NCBI GenBank assembly: GCA_965203575.1
Contig: OZ241894.1
Location: 2,956,322 to 3,020,321 of the forward strand
Direction of reading: 5' to 3'
DNA from: Candidatus Aldehydirespirator sp.
Lineage (GTDB): Bacteria > Actinomycetota > Acidimicrobiia > Acidimicrobiales > Aldehydirespiratoraceae
Length of the DNA: 64,000 nucleotides
Made by a program: the position numbers and the translations under genes. The notes below the pieces were generated by a model. That model did no database searches. It worked only from the letters and a program-made list of their open reading frames with translations, and was not told where the DNA came from. Of this stretch, positions 49,036-57,910 are shown piece by piece (position 1 is the first letter of the stretch; every line of letters starts with the position of its first letter).

Positions 49036-49131
49036 GAAACCACCCTTTTCTGCCGACGCCCGCAGGGCGAAAGGCTAGCGCCTGACCAGCCCTGTGGCGT
49101 GGACGGTCGCGGCGCCCCAGGTCGCTCTCAT

Positions 49132-50922
49132 TCAGCGGACGATCGCGATGGTGTCGCCGGCGCCCACCGAGTCGCCCACCTTCACCAGGATCTCGGCGAC
49201 TGTTCCGGAGCGGCCCGCGGCGATGTTGTTCTCCATCTTCATGGCCTCGAGCACGGCCACCGGCTGCCCGGCTCCCACTTCGTCGTCCACATCCACCAGC
49301 AGCTTGATGATCGTGCCCTGCATCGGGACGGTGACCTCCGCGGCGCCGCCGCCGAGACTCGCCGGCCCCCGGGCCCTCCGGCGCGATGCGCTCGGGCGCT
49401 CGGAGTCGTCGCCGTCGGCCTGCGGGGTCCACAGCGCGACGCTGAAGCGCTTGCCGTCCACCTCTGCCTCGATCTCATGGTGCACCCTGGATCCAACCGC
49501 ACTGGCGTCGGCACCGGTCGCCGACGGCGGCGACTCGGGCAGAGACGTGAAGTCGAGTCGTTCCTCCACCCAGCGCGTCGAGTGGGTCACCGACGCGAAG
49601 TCCGGGTGAGCCAGGATGGCTTGCGCGGCCGGGATGGTGGTCGCCACGCCGGTGATCCGCGTCTCGGACAGGGCCCGCAGCGCGCGGCTGATGGCGACGT
49701 CCCGGTCGCGGCCCCAAACGACGAGCTTGCCGATGAGGTTGTCGTAGTACGGGCTGATCCTGTCGCCCGCCTCGTAACCGCCGTCCCATCGGGTGGCGTA
49801 GCCCTGGGCGGGCCTCAGGTCGGTGACGGGTCCGGGGCAGGGGAGGAACGCGCCGCCGGCCGGATCCTCAGCGTTGACGCGCACCTCGATGGAGCAGCCG
49901 TCGATCGCGATGCCGGGCTGGGTGAGGGTCAGTGGCTCGCCGGCCGCGATCCGCAGCTGCAGCTCCACCAGGTCTACGCCGGTCACCATCTCGGTCACGG
50001 GATGCTCGACCTGCAGCCTGGTGTTCATCTCCAGGTAGTAGAACGAGCCGTCGGCGTAGAGGAACTCGACGGTGCCTGCGTTCACGTAGCCGCAGCCGCG
50101 GGCCACCGCCACCGCCGCCTCGCCCATCGCCTCCAGGACGGCCGGGTCGATCCTGGGCGCGGGCGCCTCCTCGATGAGCTTCTGATGCCGGCGCTGGGCC
50201 GAGCAGTCGCGGGTGCCGAGGTGCACGCAGTTGCCGTGGGCGTCGGCGAGCACTTGCACCTCCACGTGGCGGGCCAGGTCGAAGTAGCGCTCCATGTAGA
50301 GCTCGTCGCGCCCGAAGTAGGCGAGCGCCTCCCGCTGGGCCGACTCGACCGCGGCGGCCGCCTCCGCGGCCTGGTGCACCACCTTCATGCCCCGGCCCCC
50401 GCCCCCGTAGGCGGCCTTGACGGCCACGGGCCAGCCGTGGGCCGCACCGAAGGCCTCGACCTGGGCCGGGTCGACGATCGGCTCGGTGTTGCCCGGGACC
50501 GGTTCCACTCCGGCCCGGACGGCCGCCTCCCGGGCTGAGATCTTGTCGCCCATCACCTCGATCGCATCCGGCGGCGGTCCGATGAAGGTGACGCCCTGGG
50601 CGGCCACGGCGCGCGCGAAGTCGGCGTTCTCGCTGAAGAACCCGTAGCCGGGATGGACCGCGTCGGCACCGCTCCGCTCGATTGCGGCCACGATGGCATC
50701 GGTGCGGAGATAGCTCTCCGCGGCGGCCGTGCCGCCCAGCGAGTAGGCCTCATCCGCCAGGCGCACGTGCATCGCGCCCCGGTCCTCGTCGGAGTAGACG
50801 GCGGCCACCGCTATGCCCATCTCGCGGCAGGCTCGGATCACGCGGACCGCGATCTCGCCCCGATTGGCCACCAGCACCTTCGAGAAGGCGCGGGCAGATG
50901 ATGCTGCGTCGCTGTGAGGCAT
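49132..50922 (-). CDS. accA: Acyl-CoA carboxylase alpha subunit (biotin carboxylase + BCCP)
   Basis: 596-aa ORF with an ATP-grasp biotin carboxylase body and C-terminal biotinyl motif EAMKMEN. Confidence 0.9.
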   Translation of the reverse strand: MPHSDAASSARAFSKVLVANRGEIAVRVIRACREMGIAVAAVYSDEDRGAMHVRLADEAYSLGGTAAAESYLRTDAIVAAIERSGADAVHPGYGFFSENADFARAVAAQGVTFIGPPPDAIEVMGDKISAREAAVRAGVEPVPGNTEPIVDPAQVEAFGAAHGWPVAVKAAYGGGGRGMKVVHQAAEAAAAVESAQREALAYFGRDELYMERYFDLARHVEVQVLADAHGNCVHLGTRDCSAQRRHQKLIEEAPAPRIDPAVLEAMGEAAVAVARGCGYVNAGTVEFLYADGSFYYLEMNTRLQVEHPVTEMVTGVDLVELQLRIAAGEPLTLTQPGIAIDGCSIEVRVNAEDPAGGAFLPCPGPVTDLRPAQGYATRWDGGYEAGDRISPYYDNLIGKLVVWGRDRDVAISRALRALSETRITGVATTIPAAQAILAHPDFASVTHSTRWVEERLDFTSLPESPPSATGADASAVGSRVHHEIEAEVDGKRFSVALWTPQADGDDSERPSASRRRARGPASLGGGAAEVTVPMQGTIIKLLVDVDDEVGAGQPVAVLEAMKMENNIAAGRSGTVAEILVKVGDSVGAGDTIAIVR

Positions 50923-50929
50923 CTTGTTT

Positions 50930-50980
50930 CCCGCTCTTGTTCGCTGCGCTCACGGGCCGCTCGGGCCACGGCCTCGCTGA
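50930..50980 (+). repeat. REP-like element, single copy, upstream of accA
   Basis: CCCGCTCTTGTTCGCTGCGCTCACGGGCCGCTCGGGCC at 50930..50967, plus a GC-rich tail. Confidence 0.85.
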
Positions 50981-51093
50981 GCGCCTCGCGAATCCTAGTT
51001 AGGCACCGCCCATCCGCTCGGCCTCTGGTGAGAACATCACCGCATTGGATAGCCGATCGCGGCCCGGATCACACGGAATGTCCTCCGATGTCG

Positions 51094-52728
51094 CTATTGC
51101 GGTAGCAGCTTCGAGGCGGAGATGACCACGAAATCGTTGTGAGCGGCAAGCGGGTCGCTCAGCGCTCCCTCCGGGAAGAAGTCGGGCACCCGATCCGCTC
51201 TGAGAACCACCACATCGGATTCGTCCAGGTCGTCGAGACGGTCCTCGTCGAGGAGCATCACCCGCATGGGCAGGTAGTAGGAGATCCATGTGGGACTGGT
51301 CACCGGGCGTACAGACCATGCCAGTTCCGAGCCCGGCAAGCTCCCCACCCGCTCCAGCGCGGCTCCCGCGTCGGCGGGATCGGTGATGTAACGCTGCCGT
51401 GTCGAGCCGCCGACCACCGCGACCAGGGTGGCCGCGATCACCACGGCCGCGAGCGCAGCCGGCAGCGGGCGCCAACGGCGGGGGATGAGCCGGCGGGCCC
51501 AGTCGGCGAGAGCCGCGAAGCCGATGGTCACCGGGGCCAGCCACGGGAAGTTCCACAGCCTGTGCACCCAGGCGCCCTGCTGGACCCCGAACGTGAGCGC
51601 AGCCGCGACCACCAGCGTTATGGCCGCGGGTGCCCGTGTGCGCCGGTCGATCAGCCCGGCCAGGAGGCAAGGCACCAGAAGAACGCGTAGCCACACCGGC
51701 ACGAGCATCTCCTCGGTGGCGAAGCGCCATTGCCGGGCCAGGAACTCGCGGAAGGTGAAGGTCAGCGACTCGCTGGCGCCTCCCACCTCGTTGCCGGTGC
51801 GTATGACCACCTGGTTCCAGAGATCCTCGACTCCGACGGCGTTGAGCATCCACAGCGCAGTGGCGCCGGCGCCGAGCGCCGTGCCCGCGGCGACCGCGGC
51901 GAGCAACCGCTGACGGCCGCCCGACAGCCACGACACCGCCGGCCCGCGCGGCCGTGCTGTGACAGCCGCGCCGACGCCTCGCTCCCCGCGGACGCCTGGC
52001 CCCGAGCCGCCTTCGGGCTGCTCGCCACCGTGGCTGGGCCCGGCGGCGAGCAGCCACAGCATCACGAGCAACATGGCCGCTATCCCGATCCAGGACTGCA
52101 TCGCGGCCAGCGCGGCGCATCCGGCCACGACGAGGGCGTCCCGACGGCGCGGGTGGGCGCTGCGCAGCGCCCACGAAACCGCCGCGATGGCGGCCAGCTG
52201 CAGCGAGAAGCTGATGCTGATCCGCCCGTACACGTAGTAGAAGCCCGTGCTCGCCATGGCCGCCACAGCCAGCAAGGTGGGCCCCCAGGCCAGGCCCCGG
52301 CCGCGAAGCAGCGACGCCATGAACACCACCGTCGCCGCGCCCACCAGCAAGCCGGGCACCCGCAGCGCCGTGGCGCTGTCTCCGAGAACGCCGGTCGACA
52401 CCACCGACATGAACACCTGGAGAGGCGGATGATGGGCGTAGGTGACGGCGACGGGTGGCGGGGCGGCTCTGGGAGCTACGTCGTACACCGCCCTGACGTA
52501 CGGCTCGACCACCGCGCCGAAGCGCGAGTCCACGGCGCCCAGCTCCCAGAAGTTGCGGGCCTGAAGGCCGAACATGCCCAGTATGCGGCCGTCGTCACTG
52601 TTGCCGAGAGGCAGGTCGAGATCGGGCAGCCAGGCAGCCACGAGGGCAGCCGCGATCAGGGCCACAACAGTCCATCCAGACGAGAGGCGTGCTGCCAGGA
52701 AGCCGAGGGCCGCTCTCAACGTGGACAC
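51094..52728 (-). CDS. Polytopic membrane protein, putative GT-C fold (ArnT/PMT-like) glycosyltransferase
   Basis: 544-aa ORF with GTG start and many TM segments. It is paired divergently with a polyprenyl-phosphate glycosyltransferase-like GT2. The family call is by architecture and context only. Confidence 0.5.
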   Translation of the reverse strand: MSTLRAALGFLAARLSSGWTVVALIAAALVAAWLPDLDLPLGNSDDGRILGMFGLQARNFWELGAVDSRFGAVVEPYVRAVYDVAPRAAPPPVAVTYAHHPPLQVFMSVVSTGVLGDSATALRVPGLLVGAATVVFMASLLRGRGLAWGPTLLAVAAMASTGFYYVYGRISISFSLQLAAIAAVSWALRSAHPRRRDALVVAGCAALAAMQSWIGIAAMLLVMLWLLAAGPSHGGEQPEGGSGPGVRGERGVGAAVTARPRGPAVSWLSGGRQRLLAAVAAGTALGAGATALWMLNAVGVEDLWNQVVIRTGNEVGGASESLTFTFREFLARQWRFATEEMLVPVWLRVLLVPCLLAGLIDRRTRAPAAITLVVAAALTFGVQQGAWVHRLWNFPWLAPVTIGFAALADWARRLIPRRWRPLPAALAAVVIAATLVAVVGGSTRQRYITDPADAGAALERVGSLPGSELAWSVRPVTSPTWISYYLPMRVMLLDEDRLDDLDESDVVVLRADRVPDFFPEGALSDPLAAHNDFVVISASKLLPQ

Positions 52729-52791
52729 GCCCCGGCGTTCATCGGGTCACCCTAGCCCTGGCGTTCACCGCAAAACTCTAGACTGTGGCCC

Positions 52792-53535
52792 GTGAGCGCC
52801 TCGGACGGCTGCCTGTCGGTGGTAATGCCCTGCTACAACGAGGTCGCCACCATCGACGAGATCGTCTCCAGGGTGCTTGCCAGCCGCTTCACCGGCGAGC
52901 TGATAGTGGTGGACGACGGTTCGACCGACGGAACGCGCCGTCGGCTGTCCCAATACGACGATCCCCGGGTGAGGGTCCTGCCGCAGCCCGAGAACCGCGG
53001 GAAGGGCGCCGCGGTGCGGCGGGGCTTCGTCGAGGCGAGCCGTGAATTCGTGGTGATCCAGGACGCCGACCTTGAGTACGACCCCGGCGACTGGGAGGCG
53101 CTGCTGGCGCCTCTGGCGCGCGGCGACGCCGACGTGGTGTACGGGACCCGTATGCAGGAAGGCCCGGAGCACAGGGTGCCGTACTACTGGGCCATGATCT
53201 GCAACCGGATGCTGACACGACTGTCGAACATGCTCACCGGTCTGTGGCTGACCGATGTGGCGACCTGCTACAAGGCGTTCCGCCTCGAGGTCGTGCGGTC
53301 CCTCGACCTGCGCGAGAACCGCTTCGGGATCGACACGGAGATCACCGCGAAGGTGGCCGCCGGAGGTTGGCGCATCTGGGAGACCGGCATCTCCTACACG
53401 AGCAGGAACTACGCTGAAGGCAAGAAGATCACATGGAAGGACGGCATCGCCGTCTTCGTGTGCATCGTTCGCTACGGGGTCTCCGTACGCCTTCGCCCGT
53501 TGGTCCAATCGGCGAGGACTTCGAGAATCTCCTGA
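52792..53535 (+). CDS. GT2 polyprenyl-phosphate sugar synthase-like glycosyltransferase (DPM1/GtrB/ArnC-like)
   Basis: 247-aa ORF with GTG start. Motifs VVMPCYNE, VVDDGSTDGT and QDADLEYDP. Confidence 0.8.
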   Translation: MSASDGCLSVVMPCYNEVATIDEIVSRVLASRFTGELIVVDDGSTDGTRRRLSQYDDPRVRVLPQPENRGKGAAVRRGFVEASREFVVIQDADLEYDPGDWEALLAPLARGDADVVYGTRMQEGPEHRVPYYWAMICNRMLTRLSNMLTGLWLTDVATCYKAFRLEVVRSLDLRENRFGIDTEITAKVAAGGWRIWETGISYTSRNYAEGKKITWKDGIAVFVCIVRYGVSVRLRPLVQSARTSRIS

Positions 53536-54623
53536 GACGGGCTTGACTGCGGCAGCCTCCGAGCGCGCCGGAAGCGTTCGGGGTCCGCCAGGAACGCTTC
53601 CACCACTCCGGGGTCGTAGCGGCTCAGCACGGCGTTCTCACCGAGGCCGTCGGCCCGGTCGGTCCGGTCTCGCCACAGCAGCACGGGCACCCCCAGCAGC
53701 GCGCACTCCTCCTGGATGGAGCCTCCGTCGGTGATCGCGAACGGCGCCCCTGCGAGCGCCCTCACGAACTCGGCGTAGGGGAGCATCGGCACAAGCTCCA
53801 CGCCGGAGGCTTCAAGGCCGGCCAGATCCGCGGACCTGAGCGCCCGACGTGTGGGCTCGTGCACGTACCAGCGCACCGGGGTCGTCTGCGCCAGCCGCGT
53901 GATCGTATGCACCAGCGCCTGTCTCCGCCGTCGCCGGTGCAGGTTCTCCACCCGGTGCATGGTCACCACCACGGGGCGTGGCCGGCGCGGCGAGCTGTGC
54001 GAGCGAGCGCCTCCCGACATGTCGAGCGTGGTCGGCATGCCTGCATCGCCCGGATCCAGGGCGGCGCGGAGCGCATCGCTGATCGTGTTGGACGATCCAG
54101 TGATGATCCGCCCTCTCACCCGGCGCTTGCGCAGTTCCTCGGCTGCCGCGCCGTCTGGCGCGAAGAGCAGGTCGGCGAGCCTGTCGACGGCGACCCGGAC
54201 GATCTCCTCCGGAAATGGGTGCAGCCACCGGTGGGTGCGAAGGCCCGCCTCGACATGGGCCAGTGCCAGCCCGGCGCGCTTCGCCATGAGCGCGCCGATC
54301 AGCGTCGTCGGCGTGTCGCCGTGAACCACGCATATCCCCGGGCGCCCGCCGAAGACGGTTCGGTTGAGCCGCCTCCGCAGCGCCAGCCTGCGGCCGAGTC
54401 CCGCCGCCCACCACAGAGCAGCAGGCACCGAGTCGACGCTGCGCGCGCCCCCCATCGTGTAGTCGGGCGCCCGCAAGCCCAGCTCGTCGCGGAACGATTC
54501 CGACCGGTCGGCGTGCTGCCCGGAGTCGATCAGACGGTAGGGGAGGCCGGCCGACTCCATGCGCCACAGCAGGGGCGCCATCTTGATGTACTCGGCTTGG
54601 GTGCCGACGAGGACGTGGATCAA
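53472..54623 (-). CDS. UDP-N-acetylglucosamine 2-epimerase family protein (WecB/MnaA-like)
   Basis: ORF 53472..55580(-) trimmed to TTG 54623..54621, which overlaps the upstream stop (TTGA). Motifs VLVGTQAEYIKM, VHGDTPTT and HVEAGLRT. Confidence 0.75.
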   Translation of the reverse strand: MIHVLVGTQAEYIKMAPLLWRMESAGLPYRLIDSGQHADRSESFRDELGLRAPDYTMGGARSVDSVPAALWWAAGLGRRLALRRRLNRTVFGGRPGICVVHGDTPTTLIGALMAKRAGLALAHVEAGLRTHRWLHPFPEEIVRVAVDRLADLLFAPDGAAAEELRKRRVRGRIITGSSNTISDALRAALDPGDAGMPTTLDMSGGARSHSSPRRPRPVVVTMHRVENLHRRRRRQALVHTITRLAQTTPVRWYVHEPTRRALRSADLAGLEASGVELVPMLPYAEFVRALAGAPFAITDGGSIQEECALLGVPVLLWRDRTDRADGLGENAVLSRYDPGVVEAFLADPERFRRARRLPQSSPSQEILEVLADWTNGRRRTETP

Positions 54624-55675
54624 GGCTCCGTGCCATCCGAACGCTGCACCGGATCCGCTTCGACCGCCGTGCGCCTCGTGGCGAGGAGCTCCGAGACGGC
54701 CGCGGCCAGCAGGTCGCGCAGCAGCAACACCAGCCTGAAGCCGAATATCAATAGGCCGAGAGCCAGAGGATCGGCTGCGCCGAGCAGCGACGGGACGGTT
54801 ACCTCCACCACGCCGATCCCCTGCGGCGCGATCACAGAGAGGAATCGAAGGCCCCCCCAAGTGAGCACGAAAGCACCGGCGAGCCGGGCCGTGGAGAAGC
54901 CGTCGGCGGCCTCGAAGGCGCGCATGTACAGGCAGAACACGGCGGCTGCCCAGGTCCAGTAGCAGGCCGATGCCGCGATCATGTGCAGATAGCCCGGCCA
55001 TGTGAATCCGCTGACCGGGGCCAGGCTGTCCAGGTCGCGTCGCCGCGCCACCGCCGCGACGACACGTCCCGCCACCGAGGGCGAAGCAGCGACGATCACC
55101 CCGACCGCGGAGACGATCGGGATTGCAAGGCCTCCGGGCAGTTCGCCGGCCCAGCCGAGCAGCACCAGGCCATAGGCCACCGAGACGGCGAGGCTCACCG
55201 CCATCTCGAGCGCAGCGGTGAGGGCGAGAGGCGCCGCCGGAACGCCGCGGCGCTGCATCAGAGCCACGCGGCTGACCGCGAACGTGACCATCAGCGGCAC
55301 GTACCTGGCCGGCAGGGAACGAGCCGCGGTGGCGGTCAGATCGCGGAAGAGCGGGCGCTGGCCGAGCAAGCGCAGGCTCACGAGCCAGAAGTACGCACTC
55401 AGCGCTATCAGCACGAACCCCGTCGCGAACGACGCCGCCACGAGCACATGCCTCGCACCTGCGAGGTCTCCGAGAAGGTCGGCCACTTCGTCCCGGCGCG
55501 CCAACACCACCACGGGCACCGCGACGGCGAGCAGGGAGAGGTATGCGATCCTCAGCCACTTCAGAAGGCGTCGCTGCCACGGGCGGCCTGTCATCGGACT
55601 AGCGGCAAGAGGCCCGCCGGGAGTCGCGCGACGCGTGGCCGAGACAGTAGCCGACGGCTTGACGCGCCTCATCAA
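54620..55675 (-). CDS. UPF0104 / LPG-synthase-TM-type (flippase-like) membrane protein
   Basis: 351-aa polytopic ORF. The start is uncertain (an alternative Met precedes TGRPWQRRLL). The family call is from general appearance. Confidence 0.5.
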   Translation of the reverse strand: MMRRVKPSATVSATRRATPGGPLAASPMTGRPWQRRLLKWLRIAYLSLLAVAVPVVVLARRDEVADLLGDLAGARHVLVAASFATGFVLIALSAYFWLVSLRLLGQRPLFRDLTATAARSLPARYVPLMVTFAVSRVALMQRRGVPAAPLALTAALEMAVSLAVSVAYGLVLLGWAGELPGGLAIPIVSAVGVIVAASPSVAGRVVAAVARRRDLDSLAPVSGFTWPGYLHMIAASACYWTWAAAVFCLYMRAFEAADGFSTARLAGAFVLTWGGLRFLSVIAPQGIGVVEVTVPSLLGAADPLALGLLIFGFRLVLLLRDLLAAAVSELLATRRTAVEADPVQRSDGTEP

Positions 55676-55744
55676 GCGGCTGGGGCGACGGGTCGGAGGG
55701 GCGGCCGCGACTGGCTCAACTTGGCTCGACGCTCCGTCAGCAGG

Positions 55745-56941
55745 TCACTGGATCAGCTCAAGCAGATCGTCGAGCGCAGCGTCGTTGACCTTCAGGCGCG
55801 CCCGCAGCAAGCCGCGTGCCTCGGCTGCCCGGTGCGACTTGTCCTGCGCCTCGTTAGCCGCGTCGATGAGCGTGCGGGGCTCGAAGCGGCCGGCGTCGAG
55901 CGGAGCCAAGTCGACGAGTGAGGCCCAGCCGCCGCCTTCAGCGGCGAGCGACTTCATTTTCGGAGAGTAGTCCAGCACCACCGCCGCCTGGCCGTTGAGC
56001 AGAGCTGCGATGGCGCCGTGATAGCGCATGGTGACCACGAAGCGACTCCGGGCGACCTCGGCGAGCACATTGTCGATGTTGAGCGTCACCAGCTCTGCGT
56101 CCGTTCTCAGCCTCTGTCGCAGCGCCGCGAGCATGGGGGTGTCCTGGCTCGGCTGAAAGGGCAACAGGCGCAACGTCATGCCGCTGCGCTCGGCCAGTGC
56201 GTCCAGGGATCGCGCCAGTTGATCCGTCCATGGCTGCCAGGACGTGCGGGCCTTCGCCGCAGCCGTGCGGATGCCCCGGCGATTCGGGGGGCGCAGGATC
56301 ACGCAGATCGTGTCGGTGGAGTCGCTGCGAGAGCGCGTCGAGCCCGTCGGCTTCGGCGGGCGCGGGTGCGGCGGTCGGGCCGCGGCCGCCCGGCTCGAAA
56401 CGAGCGCGGCGTCTCCGGCCAGCACCGGGTCGGCGCCGATCGCCACGTCGGGCACGCCCCAGTCGCGCAGGCGTCGCGCCGAGTCGGCGTCTCTCGTCAC
56501 GACGTTGCAGGCCCGGCGCATCTCCGCGACCGCCATGCGCCGGCTGCCGGCGCCCCGGACGCGTCCCGCTCCCAGGCCGATGGCCGCGACCGCGGCCCGC
56601 GGTCGGCGGGTGGACGGAGCCGGCACCGACCGCCTGTAGGCGCGAAGGCGTGACATATGGAACCACATGTTCCACGGCGACGTCTCCGACTGCACCACCC
56701 CTCCGGAGAGGACCATGGCGTGCGCACTGCACAGCGACCGGCGCAGCGCTGCGCTGTCCAGGGGCGAGCGATGAACCACCGCCTCAACCCCATGGACGGC
56801 GGCAGTCCGCTCGGGATCGATTGACACGGCTATCGGCTCCACCCCCCGGGCACGCAGGGCGGCGGCCATGCAACTCAGAATCATCTCATCTCCCAAGTTG
56901 TCCGACCCGTACCAACCGGCAAGGGCGATCCTCAGGGCCAT
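55745..56941 (-). CDS. csaB: Polysaccharide pyruvyl transferase, CsaB-like
   Basis: ORF 55745..58546(-) trimmed to ATG 56941..56939. N-terminus RIALAGWYGSDNLGDEMIL matches the CsaB/PS_pyruv_trans pattern, and C-terminal MRYHGAIAAL also fits. Confidence 0.7.
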   Translation of the reverse strand: MALRIALAGWYGSDNLGDEMILSCMAAALRARGVEPIAVSIDPERTAAVHGVEAVVHRSPLDSAALRRSLCSAHAMVLSGGVVQSETSPWNMWFHMSRLRAYRRSVPAPSTRRPRAAVAAIGLGAGRVRGAGSRRMAVAEMRRACNVVTRDADSARRLRDWGVPDVAIGADPVLAGDAALVSSRAAAARPPHPRPPKPTGSTRSRSDSTDTICVILRPPNRRGIRTAAAKARTSWQPWTDQLARSLDALAERSGMTLRLLPFQPSQDTPMLAALRQRLRTDAELVTLNIDNVLAEVARSRFVVTMRYHGAIAALLNGQAAVVLDYSPKMKSLAAEGGGWASLVDLAPLDAGRFEPRTLIDAANEAQDKSHRAAEARGLLRARLKVNDAALDDLLELIQ

Positions 56942-57040
56942 CCTGCAGTCTCCCAAGTGCTTGTCAAGCCGTGATTCTATCGTGTGCCGGGAATCGGGCT
57001 CTTTCGCGGATTCTCCACCGAAAGGCGGGCATCGCACAGA

Positions 57041-57859
57041 ATGTGTCCCGTGGGATCGGTCACGCCGCGGTCGCCGTCGGCCGCCAAGCACCTGCCGCTC
57101 GGCTGCGCGGCAGCCCGCCGCGCGGGGCTGGGCGAGCTGCGCCACGCGGTCGCGACGGGCTCCACGAACGATGATCTGGCCCAGGAGGCCCGGCTCGGGG
57201 AGCGGTCGCCGGCGGTCCTGGTGGCCGATCACCAGACCGCGGGAAGGGGTCGGCTGGGGCGTCGCTGGTCCGACGCGGCCACCGGCCCCCACGCCGGTGG
57301 GGCGTCGCTGCTTGTCAGTTTCCGGCTTGAGGCGTCCGTGGCCAGGGCCTTCGACCGAACCGCCGCGGTCTCGGCCGCCGCGCTCCTGGCCGCGTCGGGC
57401 ACGCTCGCAGACGGGGGAGCGGCGGTGCGGGCCAAGTGGCCCAACGACTTGCTCATCGAGTCCCGGGACGCGTCCGGCAAGGTGGCGGGCGTGCTGTCGG
57501 AGATTGTCGACGGCGATCCCCCGTTGGTGGTGGTGGGTCTGGGCCTGAATGTCGCGGAGGCGCCCCCGGAGCCGGGAGCGGTCTCGCTCGCTCAGGCGGG
57601 CGGCACCGCTACCCGCGATGAGATTCTGGCGTCGCTGATCGACGCCCTGCCCGGCTACCTGGCCGACTCCAGGCGGGCTCGCGAGGACCTGAGGGCTGCG
57701 TCGGCGACGCTGGGGAGGGAAGTGAGGGTGCAACGCACCGACGGCACATCGATCGTGGGCACGGCCGTCGATATCGACAGTTCTGGCCGCCTGGTCGTCG
57801 CCGGGGCTTCCGGCGAGGTCGCGATCGACGCTGGAGACGTGTTCCACCTGCGTTCTTGA
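57041..57859 (+). CDS. birA: Biotin-[acetyl-CoA-carboxylase] ligase (class I, no HTH)
   Basis: ORF 56984..57859(+). Motifs GRGRLGRRW and KWPNDL. The start (ATG 57041) is uncertain. Confidence 0.85.
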   Translation: MCPVGSVTPRSPSAAKHLPLGCAAARRAGLGELRHAVATGSTNDDLAQEARLGERSPAVLVADHQTAGRGRLGRRWSDAATGPHAGGASLLVSFRLEASVARAFDRTAAVSAAALLAASGTLADGGAAVRAKWPNDLLIESRDASGKVAGVLSEIVDGDPPLVVVGLGLNVAEAPPEPGAVSLAQAGGTATRDEILASLIDALPGYLADSRRAREDLRAASATLGREVRVQRTDGTSIVGTAVDIDSSGRLVVAGASGEVAIDAGDVFHLRS

Positions 57860-57910
57860 CGGTGTGAGGCCCTCGATCATCCAAAGGGCACAGGGGGACC
57901 GGCGGTACGC

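Noticed and set aside
49036-49131. Rho-independent terminator between accA and the SpoIID-SLH gene (CGCCC-TGC-GGGCG).
   Set aside because: The stem is only 5 bp with a 3-nt loop, and it is followed by an A-rich rather than U-rich tract on the transcribed strand. This is not convincing.
49132-50922. accA (and birA at 57041..57859) as functional members of the glycopolymer cluster.
   Set aside because: Both are standard fatty-acid/biotin housekeeping genes. Their presence is more simply explained by chromosomal interleaving. No sequence feature links them to glycan synthesis.
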